Below are positions 19,309 through 30,500 of a stretch of DNA of 64,000 nt, one piece after another. The DNA is from an uncultured Acidobacteriota bacterium. GTDB taxonomy: Bacteria; Acidobacteriota; Thermoanaerobaculia; Gp7-AA8. The notes beneath the pieces were generated by a model, which saw only the letters and a program-made list of their open reading frames with translations, was not told the origin of the DNA and ran no database searches. The stretch is taken from contig CAVUKB010000007.1 of the NCBI GenBank assembly GCA_963741955.1, positions 1,056,001 through 1,120,000 on the forward strand. Reading direction: 5' to 3'. Each line of letters starts with the position of its first letter. The first letter of the stretch is position 1. A program made the translations under genes and the position numbers.

Positions 19309-21411
19309 ATGACGAAGTCACCGACGGCATTATCAGAAGATGACAGCCGAAGTGCTGACGTTGCCGCCGTTCTGGCGGCGGCACGCGCAGTGCTGGAGAA
19401 CCGCGCGTTCGCTGACGCGGCGAAAGCGGTGTTCGGCGCGTGCAAGACGATCCTCGGCGCCGATGCGGGCCTGATCGCGGTGTGTGCGCCCCGGAAGCCG
19501 GCCTTCGACATCACATTCCTCGATCCCGGGAATCTCGATCTCGTCGCCGCAGCCGGCATGCCGGCGCAGCTTCAACGCCTGAGCGTTCGCGCCCGCAAAG
19601 GAAAAACCGTCTTCGCCAACCACCTGTCGAAGGAAAGCGGGACCACTCCCTCCGGTCGCCGTGCGCTCGAGAGCGCGATCTTTGCCCCGATCATCGTTGC
19701 CGGCGAGGTGGTGGGACTCCTCGGGCTGATCAACAAGGCGGGCGGCTTTTCCTCGGACGACTCCCGATTCGCCGAAGCCTTTGCGAGGTTGATCGCGCTG
19801 GCGATGCTCAACAGCCGCACGATCAACGGTCTCGAGAAGAACCGGGAGCGCGTCGAAGGGGAGTTCAGGACGCTCGTGGAGAGCCTGCCCGACATCGTCG
19901 CCCGGTTCGACCACGATCTGCGATACCTCTATGTCAGTTCCGCCGTCGAGCCCGTGACCGGCCGGCCGCCGCAGGAATTCGTGGGGAGAACGAACCGTGA
20001 GCTGGGAATGGCGGAGGAGCTGGTCGAGCCATGGGACGACGCTCTTCGAAGGGTCTTCGCGACGGGAGAAGCGGAGAAGTTCGAGTTCGCGTTCCCGGGC
20101 CTGAACGGAACGCGGTACTTCGATTGCCAGCTCGTTCCGGAGCGAGGCCCTGGCGGGACCATCCCGTCCGCGTTGAGCATCGCGCGCGACGTGACCGAGC
20201 GATGGCTCGCGCACGAGGCCGAACGGAAGGCACGGGACGTCGCCGACGCCCTGCGCGAAGCGACGATTGCGCTCACTCGCAGCTTCGACCGCGAGACCGT
20301 TCTGACCACACTGCTCGACCGCATGCGGGCAATGGTTCCGTTCGACCGCGGCAGTGTGATGCTCGTCGAGAATGCGTCGCGGATCTCCGTACGCGCGATT
20401 TTCGATGGCGACAGGGTCGTCCCTCTGACCGCCGACACGCGGTCGGAGTTCGATCCGATCGATCATCCGATCGTTCGCGACATTCTGACGACGGGCGCGC
20501 CGATTCTGATTCCGGATATTCGCGCGTATCCCGACTGGAGCCTCCCGGCAGATCTCTCCTCCGAGGCGAGCTGGATGGGGATTCCGCTGTTTGCGCGTGG
20601 GGACGTGGCGGGTTTGTTCTCGTTGTCCAAGTCCGAGGCGGCGTACTTCAACGAGCAGCACGTGAGACTCGCGGAGGCGATGTCGTCGCAGGCGTCGGTC
20701 GCCGTCGAGAACGCGGTTCTCTTCGAGCAGATGCAGTCGGCGACGGTGCGGATGAAGGCGCTGTCGCGTCGTCTCATCGACGTGCAGGAAACGGAACGGC
20801 GCCACATCGCGCGGGAGCTCCACGACGAGGCCGGACAGGCGCTCGTTTCGCTTCGCTATGGCCTCCGTCTGCTGGAAAAGGAGATCGGAGAGGGGAAAGT
20901 CGTCAGCGATCTCGTGGAAGAACTGGTGAGGCGCACCGATGAAGTCAACGCCAACCTGCACCGTCTGGCGGCAAACCTGCGGCCGCCGAGCCTCGATCAC
21001 CTGGGACTCGAGGCGGCCCTTCGCCAGTACTCGCGATCCGTTGGAGCCGAGTTCGGCCTCACTGTCCGTTTCAAGGCGAGCGGGTTCACCGGTGTGCGGC
21101 TGCCGACGACGGTCGAGACGGCTCTGTACCGCGTGGTCCAGGAGGCGATGGCCAACGTCGTGCGTCACGCCCGGGCGACGCGGGTCGACGTGCTGGTGGA
21201 GAATCACGATGGACATGTCATCGTGATCGTCGAGGACGACGGCGTCGGTTTCGATCCCGGCCAGGTCCGCCTCGGCGACCATTTCGGTCTTCTCGGTTTG
21301 AAGGAGCGGGCGGAGGCGCTCGGCGGAATTCTTCGCATCGAAAGCGCTGACGGGGCGGGAACGACGATTGTAGTGGAGGTGGCAGATGCCTATTCGAATC
21401 CTGATCGCTGA
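19309..21411 (+). CDS. Soluble GAF-PAS-GAF sensor histidine kinase (HisKA_3)
   Basis: ERRHIARELHDEAGQAL H-box, LYRVVQEAMANVVRHA, VEDDGVGF, FGLLGLKERA. No transmembrane segment evident. Confidence 0.92.
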   Translation: MTKSPTALSEDDSRSADVAAVLAAARAVLENRAFADAAKAVFGACKTILGADAGLIAVCAPRKPAFDITFLDPGNLDLVAAAGMPAQLQRLSVRARKGKTVFANHLSKESGTTPSGRRALESAIFAPIIVAGEVVGLLGLINKAGGFSSDDSRFAEAFARLIALAMLNSRTINGLEKNRERVEGEFRTLVESLPDIVARFDHDLRYLYVSSAVEPVTGRPPQEFVGRTNRELGMAEELVEPWDDALRRVFATGEAEKFEFAFPGLNGTRYFDCQLVPERGPGGTIPSALSIARDVTERWLAHEAERKARDVADALREATIALTRSFDRETVLTTLLDRMRAMVPFDRGSVMLVENASRISVRAIFDGDRVVPLTADTRSEFDPIDHPIVRDILTTGAPILIPDIRAYPDWSLPADLSSEASWMGIPLFARGDVAGLFSLSKSEAAYFNEQHVRLAEAMSSQASVAVENAVLFEQMQSATVRMKALSRRLIDVQETERRHIARELHDEAGQALVSLRYGLRLLEKEIGEGKVVSDLVEELVRRTDEVNANLHRLAANLRPPSLDHLGLEAALRQYSRSVGAEFGLTVRFKASGFTGVRLPTTVETALYRVVQEAMANVVRHARATRVDVLVENHDGHVIVIVEDDGVGFDPGQVRLGDHFGLLGLKERAEALGGILRIESADGAGTTIVVEVADAYSNPDR

Positions 21412-22024
21412 CGACCATCCCGTCGTCCGTTCCGGCCTTCGGGCGTTACTCAGCGACGATGTCGATCTCGAAGTGATCGCGGAGTCGGGAGACGGAGTCG
21501 AGACGTTACGCCTCGCCGAGACCCTGCGCCCCGACGTCGTCCTGCTCGACCTGACGATGCCTCCTGAGAACGGCATCGCGACCGCGAAGCGGCTGAAGGA
21601 GGCGAATCCGAAGATCATGGTCCTGATCCTCACCGTGCACGAGGACGAAACGCTGCTGCACGAATCGTTGCGCGCGGGCGCCTCCGGCTACGTGATCAAG
21701 CGTGCCGAGGCGAGCGAGATCATCCAGGCGATCCACGCGACGATGCGAGGCGACATCTACGTGCATCCTTCGATGACTCGGGCGTTGCTCGATCAACCGG
21801 TCACGACGGAGCACCGGCGCGGATCGTCCGTGGAAGAGCTGACCCCGCGCGAGCTCGACGTTCTGCGCCTTCTCGCCCGTGGAAATACGAACCGGCAGAT
21901 CGCCGACCTCCTCGACCTCTCGGTCCGCACGGTGGAGAACCACCGGGCCAACCTGATGGGAAAGCTCGGGATCTCGAGCCGGGTCGATCTCGTGAACTAC
22001 GCCGAGGGGCACAAGCTGCTCTAG
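21386..22024 (+). CDS. NarL/FixJ-family response regulator
   Basis: REC domain (IADDH, LLDLTMP, GYVIK) plus LuxR HTH (LTPRELDVLRLLARGNTNRQIA...TVENHRANLMGKL). Overlaps the kinase stop. Confidence 0.95.
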   Translation: MPIRILIADDHPVVRSGLRALLSDDVDLEVIAESGDGVETLRLAETLRPDVVLLDLTMPPENGIATAKRLKEANPKIMVLILTVHEDETLLHESLRAGASGYVIKRAEASEIIQAIHATMRGDIYVHPSMTRALLDQPVTTEHRRGSSVEELTPRELDVLRLLARGNTNRQIADLLDLSVRTVENHRANLMGKLGISSRVDLVNYAEGHKLL

Positions 22025-22185
22025 GCCAGCCCACTCACGGGATTTCGTCGCGAGGAGCGCGATTAGGGCCTGGAGGCGTCAGGGTGTGACTCCGCTTCCT
22101 CAACGTAATGTCGACCACGAAATCGCAGCCTTCCTCGCATCCGGGCCCGCGTACCGTCCTCCGACGAAATCTCGTGAATCCCTGG
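22025..22185. repeat. Degenerate MITE-like element with terminal inverted repeats
   Basis: TCACGGGATTTCGTCG (22035) vs CGACGAAATCTCGTGA (22162). Internal CCTCAACGTA..GCCTTC resembles the 36057 element reversed. Confidence 0.55.
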
Positions 22186-22192
22186 CTCGGGG

Positions 22193-22654
22193 TCAGGGCG
22201 CCATGTCGGAAAAGTCGAGGTAGAGCTGTTTGAGCCGCTGCGCGGCCGCGGGCTGTGCCTTTGCGAGCCCCGCGGTGACTTCGTCTCTCGCCGCGAGCAC
22301 ATGCTGAAGAGCGGCTTTCGCCTTCTCGTCACCCTGGATCTTCTGTGCCGTCCGAGCAACATCGTCGAAAAAGGTAGTGGCTTGTTCTCCGGCCGTTCCA
22401 TAGTCCTGGCGGTCGGCCTCCATCGCGAGACGTCCAAGGCGAAGCTGGATCCCCGTCAGATCGATGCGCTCCTGGAGTCGACTCATTCTCGCCTCGAGCT
22501 GTCCGGCGCGAGCCGATTCCGCCTCGACCGCGGCGGCCATCCGCTCGTCGCCCTGCCGGCGTTCGAGCCACGCACCCGCGAAAGCCCCCGCGACGACACC
22601 GAGGATCAGGCAGACCGCGCCGATGATGACATTGGTTCGTATTGCCTTCTGCAT
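22193..22654 (-). CDS. Hypothetical membrane-anchored helical protein
   Basis: N-terminal TM helix and coiled-coil-like remainder. GAGG SD. Co-oriented with neighbours. Confidence 0.7.
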   Translation of the reverse strand: MQKAIRTNVIIGAVCLILGVVAGAFAGAWLERRQGDERMAAAVEAESARAGQLEARMSRLQERIDLTGIQLRLGRLAMEADRQDYGTAGEQATTFFDDVARTAQKIQGDEKAKAALQHVLAARDEVTAGLAKAQPAAAQRLKQLYLDFSDMAP

Positions 22655-22712
22655 TCCGTCACCTCATTTCAGCGGTTCATGACAAAAACACGGCGCGACG
22701 GAGCGTCGATGA

Positions 22713-22991
22713 TCATCGTCTCCGGGAAAAGAGGTGGATGATTGCCACGAAAACGGCGGCACCGATGATCGACCACAGCACCGGGAACGCATGTCCGCCA
22801 ATGTTGACCATGAACGGTTCGGGGAGCTTGAGCCACCGGGCAAACCAGGGCCCGAGAAGGGCCCCGATGAATCCGATGGCCGTCGTGACGATCAATCCGC
22901 CGCGAGCGCTGCCCGCGATGGCCTTCCCGATGGCGCCGCAAACCGCCGCGATCAGGATGAGAAGAATGATTGCCGTGAGCGACATCGTCAT
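22713..22991 (-). CDS. GlsB/YeaQ/YmgE (transglycosylase-associated) stress membrane protein
   Basis: Three hydrophobic helices, IGFIGALLG and WSIIGAAVFV pattern. Confidence 0.8.
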   Translation of the reverse strand: MTMSLTAIILLILIAAVCGAIGKAIAGSARGGLIVTTAIGFIGALLGPWFARWLKLPEPFMVNIGGHAFPVLWSIIGAAVFVAIIHLFSRRR

Positions 22992-23041
22992 GATTTCCTT
23001 TCCAGGATGAAGAAATCCGAGTGCATCGAGATCTCAGCGGA

Positions 23042-23899
23042 TCAGTCGTCGATGCTCGGCGTTCCGAACGGGAGACGCGGGAGGTACGTGCGTAGCGCCT
23101 CCATGACCTTCTCGACTGCGGTGTTGGAACCCGAGTCTTTGTGAATGTCCCGGAACCGATATCTGTCGCCCTTCACGACCTGAAAGTTGATCTGGTAACA
23201 GAAGTTCCCGGAGGACCGCGCCTCGCACGTGAACCAAACCTTCTGAAGGCCGGAGGTCTGGAACGTGAAGTTCTCGTTCGCGTTGCCCTTGTCCTCCCAG
23301 GTCAGCGTGTCACCCCGCAGGGCGAGGCTGCCCTCGCGGTTCTTTCTGAAGAATCTCCACAGACCCGTCTTCTTGACGAGCACGAGGTCGTTGAAGACCA
23401 TCTCGGATGGAGCAACAGCCAGCGCTGGAGGGGCTCCGGCATGGGTCGACATCAAGGCTGCGATCGTCGACTCCTGAGCACCATTCTGTTTGAGGTAGAG
23501 AAGGTCGTTGACCGAGAGGTTGTACCTCTGGCCCGACTGCCGGACCTGCTCCGCGATGTTGGAATCGGAGACTCCGGAGTTGATCAGGCGAACCAGCTCG
23601 ACGAGGCGGACATCATCAGGTCGCTGGGGCGTGGACTCCGTCGAGAGCGCGGGCATCCGGACCCAGATTGCGCTGATGACCGTCTCAGGCACGCCTGCGT
23701 CGCGCAACGTGACGATGTCTCTCGCCGTCATGGCGATGGTATTTGCCGGGCTATTGACTATGGCGATGATCCCGTTGACCGGTGCGCCGGCATGCTGAGC
23801 TGCCAGAATGGAGTTGACGGTCAACTCCTCCGCGCCAGCAATTGAGGCGAATGCCAGCAGAGCCGTGCCGACGAGAGCTCCAACTATCTTGTGTTTCAT
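23042..23899 (-). CDS. Hypothetical exported protein
   Basis: Signal peptide MKHKIVGALVGTALLAFASIAGA and repeated L..L..AGV.E.VI.A helical motifs. AAGGCGG SD. Confidence 0.7.
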   Translation of the reverse strand: MKHKIVGALVGTALLAFASIAGAEELTVNSILAAQHAGAPVNGIIAIVNSPANTIAMTARDIVTLRDAGVPETVISAIWVRMPALSTESTPQRPDDVRLVELVRLINSGVSDSNIAEQVRQSGQRYNLSVNDLLYLKQNGAQESTIAALMSTHAGAPPALAVAPSEMVFNDLVLVKKTGLWRFFRKNREGSLALRGDTLTWEDKGNANENFTFQTSGLQKVWFTCEARSSGNFCYQINFQVVKGDRYRFRDIHKDSGSNTAVEKVMEALRTYLPRLPFGTPSIDD

Positions 23900-23925
23900 C
23901 GAATACCGCCTTTCCTTATGACGAC

Positions 23926-24001
23926 ATTCTGAGTCTTTGGCCACGCTGCGAGAAGCGCACTTTCTACCCGGGCGTGCTTCGTCGGGGCGGGTAGAAACTA
24001 C
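23926..24001 (-). promoter_or_regulatory. Regulon promoter P2
   Basis: GTAGTTTCTAC, +34 GTAGAAAGTGCGC-TTCTCG-N17-CAGAAT. Confidence 0.75.
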
Positions 24002-24137
24002 CGCCGCCTCGTCCAGGCTACTCGCCGTTTTCGACACGACCGGAAACACTCATGGGGCCGTCCGCTTGGTCGTGGGAGACTCGTGGATGTTCGAACCTCG
24101 CCGAGCATCGGCGCGAGACCTGGATGCCGGCGACCGC

Positions 24138-24212
24138 GTAGTTGCTACCTAGTGCGGGCTCCGCTCTACGGTAGAAAGTGCGCTTCCGTCGGGAGGGCCA
24201 TGAGATTAGGCT
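24138..24212 (+). promoter_or_regulatory. Regulon promoter P3 (glucan synthase)
   Basis: GTAGTTGCTAC, +33 GTAGAAAGTGCGC-TTCCGT-N17-TAGGCT. Confidence 0.75.
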
Positions 24213-24562
24213 CGACTCGTGGCTCTGAAGGCGCAGTTCTCGCCAGCACGGGCAGCCGTCGCGGATGAAGGATTCCCCATCGTGGCTGCATCGCGTCGAG
24301 CACCGCGAATGTGAGGGCCTTATGAGACACCACACTGGAACTGTCGCTCTCCATTCGCCGGGTTGATACGGGACACACGATGCTCGTGGTTGATCTCGCC
24401 CTCCTGGTGATCGCGACGGCCGGATCAGTGATCGGGATCGATGCCTTCGAGTCCCGTTCTGGAGCCGGCGAGGCGAGGCACGATTTCTTTGGCCACGAGA
24501 GGACTTTGCCGTTGAGACGGTGAGCCCGAATAGTCCGGGTCAGGCCACGCGGGAGGTGATCT

Positions 24563-27500
24563 CTGTTTGGACGGCGAAGCCGCGAAAGAACCTTGCCTCT
24601 CGGGGGCGAGCTCCTGAGCCCCGAGGGTCTCGAGGAACGGGCGAAGACGCTCGCGGCAACTTTCATTCTGGCGCCCGCATCACGCCGGGTCCGGCACGAC
24701 GTTCTGCCACGGCTGGAAGAAAATATCCGCGCCCTGAGGGCGGCGTACCGCTCGCTTGCCGACGACGTCCACCTGGGCGTCGCGATACCTCCTGCTGCGG
24801 AGTGGCTTCTCGACAACTTTCACCTCATCGAAGCGGAGACGGTCGCGGTCCGGCACGATCTCCCCATCCGGTACTATCGGATGCTACCGAAGCTCGCGGC
24901 GCGCGAGCTCGCGGGCCTCGCGCGCATTCACGCGATGGCACTCGAGCTGATCCGGCACGGCGACGGACGGCTGGACCTCGAACGGCTCACGCGGTTCGTC
25001 ACCGCCTTTCAGACCGTGGCGCCGCTGACCATGGGCGAGCTGTGGGCCTGGCCGAGCATGCTCAAGCTGGCGCTGATCGAGAACCTGAGACTTCTGACGG
25101 ACGGATTCGTCGAAGGCCGTGCGGCACGCCTGGCGGCCGACGATGCTCTCTCCCGGATGGAAAAGGATGATCTTCCCGTTTCCCTTCCCGATCCGCTCCC
25201 GGATGCATTCGTCGCGCGCCTGCGGCAGCGGATGCGTGAATACGATCCCCGAGTATCTCCTCTCGTCGCGGCAGTGGACGTGGCACTTGCCGCGCGAGGA
25301 ACGACGCCCGAAGACGCGGTTCGCCGCGAGAACCAGCGCCACGCCACGGACCAGGTCTCCACCAGCAATGTGGTGACGAGCCTGAGATCGTGTGCGACGC
25401 TCGACTGGAGCCGCTTCGTGGAGCTGGTCAGCCCGGTCGAGGAGATCCTGAGGCGGGACCCGGCCGGCGTCTATCCGCGAATGGACTTTCAGAGCCGCGA
25501 TCGTTACCGGCACGCCGTGGAAGAACTCGCCGGCCGGACTGGCGAGGCGCAGGTGCGCGTCGCAGTACGGGCCGTCGAAGTCGCCCGGCTGGCGGCGGAG
25601 CAGAAGGGAATCGACGAGAAGGCGTCACACGTCGGCTACTATCTGACCGGCCCGGGCCGGCGCGGCTTCGAGGCCGACGTCGCATACCGCCCGACCGTCG
25701 GCGCACGACTCCGCCGCTTTGCTTTCGCTCATACGACTGCGGGTTACTTCGGCGCCATCGCTCTGGTGACCGGCCTTTGCGTGCTCGCCGCGTACGCGTA
25801 CGGGCGCGCATCGGGATTGGCGACGGCTGCGGCACTCCTCGCACTGATTCCAGCGAGCGAGCTCGCCGTACTCATCGTCCAGCGCATCGTGGCCGCACTC
25901 GTGCCGCCCCGCCGGCTTCCGCGTCTCGATTTCAGCGAAGGCATACCCGATTCCGCGCGGACCATAGTTGTGGTGCCTGTGCTTCTCGGCAGCGTCGAAG
26001 AGGTCGAACAGATCCTCTCGCACCTCGAGGTGCAGGCGCTCGGAAACATCGATCCACGGATTCACTTCGGGATACTCAGTGATCTAAAGGACGCGGCGAC
26101 GCTTTCGGTTTCCGGCGACGACGAAATCCTGGCTGCGGCGGTCAGCGGTATCGAGGCGCTCAATCGACGGCACGTCCCCAACGGAAACGACCGCTTCTAT
26201 CTGTTCCACCGCGATCGCGAATGGAACGCGAAACAGAACGTCTTCATGGGACGAGAGCGCAAGCGGGGAAAGCTCGAGTTGCTCAACCGGCTGTTGCGCT
26301 CCTCTTCCGACACCGGATTTTCCGTGAGGGTCGGCGACCTTTCGATTCTTCCGTCGGTGCGCTACGTCATCACGCTGGACGCCGATACGCGACTCCCGAG
26401 GGAGGCCGCAAGAGTCCTGATCGGAATCGCCGCGCACCCTCTCAACCGGCCCGTAGTCGACCCGGTCCTCCGAAGGGTCACGGAAGGCTATGGGATCCTC
26501 CAGCCGCGCGTGAGCGTCAACCTTGCGAGCGCCGGCAGATCGCTTTTCGCGCGTGTCTACTCGGGCCACACCGGCGTCGATCCATATACGACCGCCGTTT
26601 CCGACACCTACCAGGATCTGTTCGGAGAAGGGAGCTTCACCGGCAAGGGACTGTATGACGTCGACGCTTTTCATGAGACGGTCGACTGGCGCGTTCCCGA
26701 CGACGCGCTGCTGTCGCACGATCTGTTCGAGGGGCTCCATGCGCGTACGGCGCTCGTTTCCGACGTCGAGGTCGTGGACGATTACCCGGCCAACGTCCTC
26801 GCGCATGCGCGAAGACAACACCGGTGGGTGCGAGGCGACTGGCAGATTCTCGCCTGGCTGTTCCGGCTGGTCCCGACGGCAGGCGGTCTCGCGAAGAATC
26901 GCCTTCCGTTCATCAGCCAGTGGAAAATCATCGACAATCTTCGCCGCAGTCTCGTGGCGCCTTCGCTCCTCGCGTTCTTCGCGGCCGCATGGACGTTTCT
27001 ACCGGGGCGTCCGATCGTATGGACCCTCGGAGGGCTCACAGTCGTCGCGTTTCCGTTCATTGCCTCTGTTTTCCAGCTCCTCGAGCGGCGTCCCGCGCAC
27101 GAACCGGTTCGCGTCCATCTCCGTGGCGTCGTCGAGGATCTCACTACCGCGTTCGCACAGGCGCTTCTGTCGGTGGTCTTCCTCGCATTCCGTGCATGGA
27201 ACGAAGTGAATGCGATCGTCCTGACGCTCGTCCGGCTCGCCGTCACGCATCGCCATCTCCTCGAGTGGGAGACGGCCGCCTCGCAGGGCGCACGGACGGC
27301 GGGTCTTCTTCGAGAGGGAATCCGATCGTTTTTCATGGAGATGGTCACGAGCCCGATCACAGCCGTCGCGCTGCTCGCCGTCGCGAGCGTCGTTCGTCCC
27401 GGCGCGCTTTCGGTGGCGTTGCCATTTATCGTCTTGTGGGCGGTGGCGCCCGCGTGCGCGTATTACCTGAGCCGGTCGGTCGTGCCACGCGGCCGGGAGT

Positions 27501-30500
27501 TGTCGCTCGAGGACAGCGAGCTCCTCACCGAGGTGGCGAAGAAGACGTGGCAATACTTCGAGATCTTTGCCGGCCCCGATGATCACTGGCTCCCTCCCGA
27601 CAATTTTCAGGAGGAGCGAGAGCCCGCGGTCGCCCACCGGACCTCACCGACCAACATCGGTCTCGGTCTCCTTTCGATCCTCGCGGCCCACGACCTCGGC
27701 CTGATCCCGGCGGATGCAATGGTGGAGAGACTCGACCGGACGCTGACCACGGTCGAATCGCTCGAGCGCCACGAGGGACATCTTCTGAACTGGTACGACA
27801 CCCTGAACCTCTCGCCGCTTCTGCCGCGCTACGTGTCGACGGTCGACAGCGGGAACCTCGCGGGGGCGCTCGTCGCACTGGCGGAAGGGTGCCGGCAACT
27901 GGCTGCGCTGGAACCGGATCTCGCACCACGGCTTTTCGACCTGGCCAATCGCGCGTCGGCTCTTGCGGACGGAATGGACTTCACGCTCCTCTACGACCGG
28001 AGGCGTCAGCTCTTCTCGATCGGGTATCGAATGGCGGATGCCGGCGGACCGGGACGAGCGGACGGTTCCTACTACGACCTCCTCGCTTCGGAGGCGCGCC
28101 TCGCGAGTTTCTTCGCCATTGCCAAGGGCGACGTCCCGCAAGGTCACTGGTTTCATCTGGGCCGGCTCGTCGTCAGTGTCGACGGGGTCCCCACCCTCGT
28201 CTCATGGAGTGCATCGATGTTCGAGTACCTGATGCCGCTCCTCCTGATGAAGACTTATCCCGCGACGCTCCTCGATCAGAGCTGCCGAATGGTCGTAAGA
28301 AAACAGATCCGGTACGGTCGGCATCGGCACGTTCCGTGGGGAGTCTCCGAGTCCGCATACGATGTGGTCGACGTGGCGGGCAATTACCAATACAAGGCCT
28401 TCGGCGTGCCGGGCCTCGGGTTGAAGCGAGAGCTCGCCGCGGAGCTGGTCGTCGCTCCTTACGCAACGGCACTGGCGGCTCTCCTCGACCCGGCCGAAGC
28501 CGCACGCAACCTTCGACATCTGACGCACGAAAAGGCCGCGGGACCGTTCGGATTTTATGACGCCATCGACTACACGACGCGGAAGCCGGACGAGCACGGC
28601 AACTCGGCATCCACTCACGCCGGTCCCGGCGTCGTAGTGAAAACGTTGATGGCCCACCACCAGGGGATGACTCTGATCGCGATCGCCAACGTTCTCCGGA
28701 GTGACGTGATGGTGGAGCGGTTCCATGCGGACCCGCGGATTCAGGCCACCGAGCTCCTGCTGCAGGAACGAGTTCCACGCGAAGCGCCCGTCGTCTCCGC
28801 CGTGCATCCGGCCGAGGAGACCCGAACCGAACAGACGTCGCCGGTTCGCGCTCCACGCCGCGTCCGTTCTCCTCACACTCCGTACCCGCGTGCGCAGCTC
28901 CTCTCGAACGGCAGCTACGTCGCCATCGTCACGAACGGGGGCGGCGGATCGAGCTTCTGCCGCGACCGCGCCGTGACGCGTTGGCGAGAAGACCGCACTC
29001 GCGATCCCGGAAGCCAGTTCATTTATCTGCGAGATGTGCACACTGGTGCTGTCTGGTCCGCGACTTATCAGCCTACGCGCAGAGAGCCCGACAGCTACCT
29101 GGTGGAGTTCTTCTCCGAGAAGGCAACGTTCGAGCGGCGCGACTACGAGATCGCGACGCGTCTCGAGGTCGCCGTCTCGCCGGGGGACGACGCCGAGGTG
29201 CGACGAATCTCGGTGACGAATCAGAGCGGCCGGCCCCGTGAGCTCGAGTTGACCAGCTACGTCGAGATCGGACTCGACTCTCTCGCCGCGGATGTCGCAA
29301 ATCCCGCGTTCGGGAAACTCTTCATCGAAACGGAGTGGATCGCGGACAACACGGCACTCCTGGCGCGGCGCCGGCCTCGTGGCCAGCACGACACGGGGGC
29401 GGTCGGGTTTCACGTTCTCTCCATTCACGGACCAACGCAGGCCCAGGTCGAGTGGGAGACGGACCGAATGCGCTTTCTCGGGCGCGGACGCGGTCCGGAC
29501 GATCCTCTGGCGATGGACGGTCGCGCTCTCTCGGGGACGACCGGTGCGGTCCTCGATCCGATCCTGAGCCTGCGGACCCGGCTTCGTCTCGCGCCTGGCG
29601 GATTCGCGCGCGTCTCGTTCACGACGGGTCTCGCCGTCGACGAGCCGGCCGCACGTGCCTGTGTACGGAAGTATCACGATCACGGTGTCACCAATCGCGC
29701 GTTCGCCCTTGCGTTCACTCAGGCGCAGATGTCGATGCGCCATCTCGGTGTCTCCATCGAGCAGGTCCAGATCTTCGAAGAGCTCGGATCCCGGATCTTC
29801 TTCTCGGACGCTTCGCTCCGAGCCGACGGGGAGACTCTTCGAAAGAACTCGCTCGGGCAGGACGGCCTCTGGAGACATGGGATCTCGGGCGATCTCCCGA
29901 TCGTCCTGGTCCGGGTGCAGAAACCGCGAGACCTGGAGCTCGTTCGACAGGTTCTCACTGCCCACGAGCACTGGCGGCTGAAGGGGCTGAGCGCGGAGGT
30001 CGTGATCCTGAACGAGCACGCGGCGAGCTATCGCGAAGAGACGAACGAGGCGCTCACTCAGCTCATCGACGGCGGTCCGTGGAATGCGTGGAAAGGAAAG
30101 CCCGGCGGCGTGTTTCTCCTGCAGTCCGAGACGATGACCGACGCCGAGACGATCCTGCTGAGCGTCGTGGCCAGGGCGGTTCTCTCCGGCGAGCTCGGTA
30201 CCCTGGGACAGCAACTCGATCACCCGGAGCCGGATCCTCCGCTCCCGTTGAACCGTGTGCCGGTCGACGAGATCCCGGCTGCCGCGCTTCCGGAGGCCGC
30301 TCCGTCACCGCCACCCCTTTTCCTCGAGAACGGTCTCGGCGGATTCGCTCGCGATGGCCGCGAGTACGTCGTCGTCCTCGAGGGCGAACGGGAGACGCCA
30401 CTTCCGTGGATCAACATACTCGCGAATCCGCGCTTCGGGAGCATCGTCACGACTTCCGGGGCGTCCCACACGTGGTCCGAGAACAGTCGCGAGAACCGTC

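Noticed and set aside
19333-21633. Large antisense ORFs opposite real genes (also 8539-10725, 28202-30223, 31954-34296, 38408-39922, 51249-53465)
   Set aside because: These are typical high-GC shadow ORFs opposite motif-rich genes.
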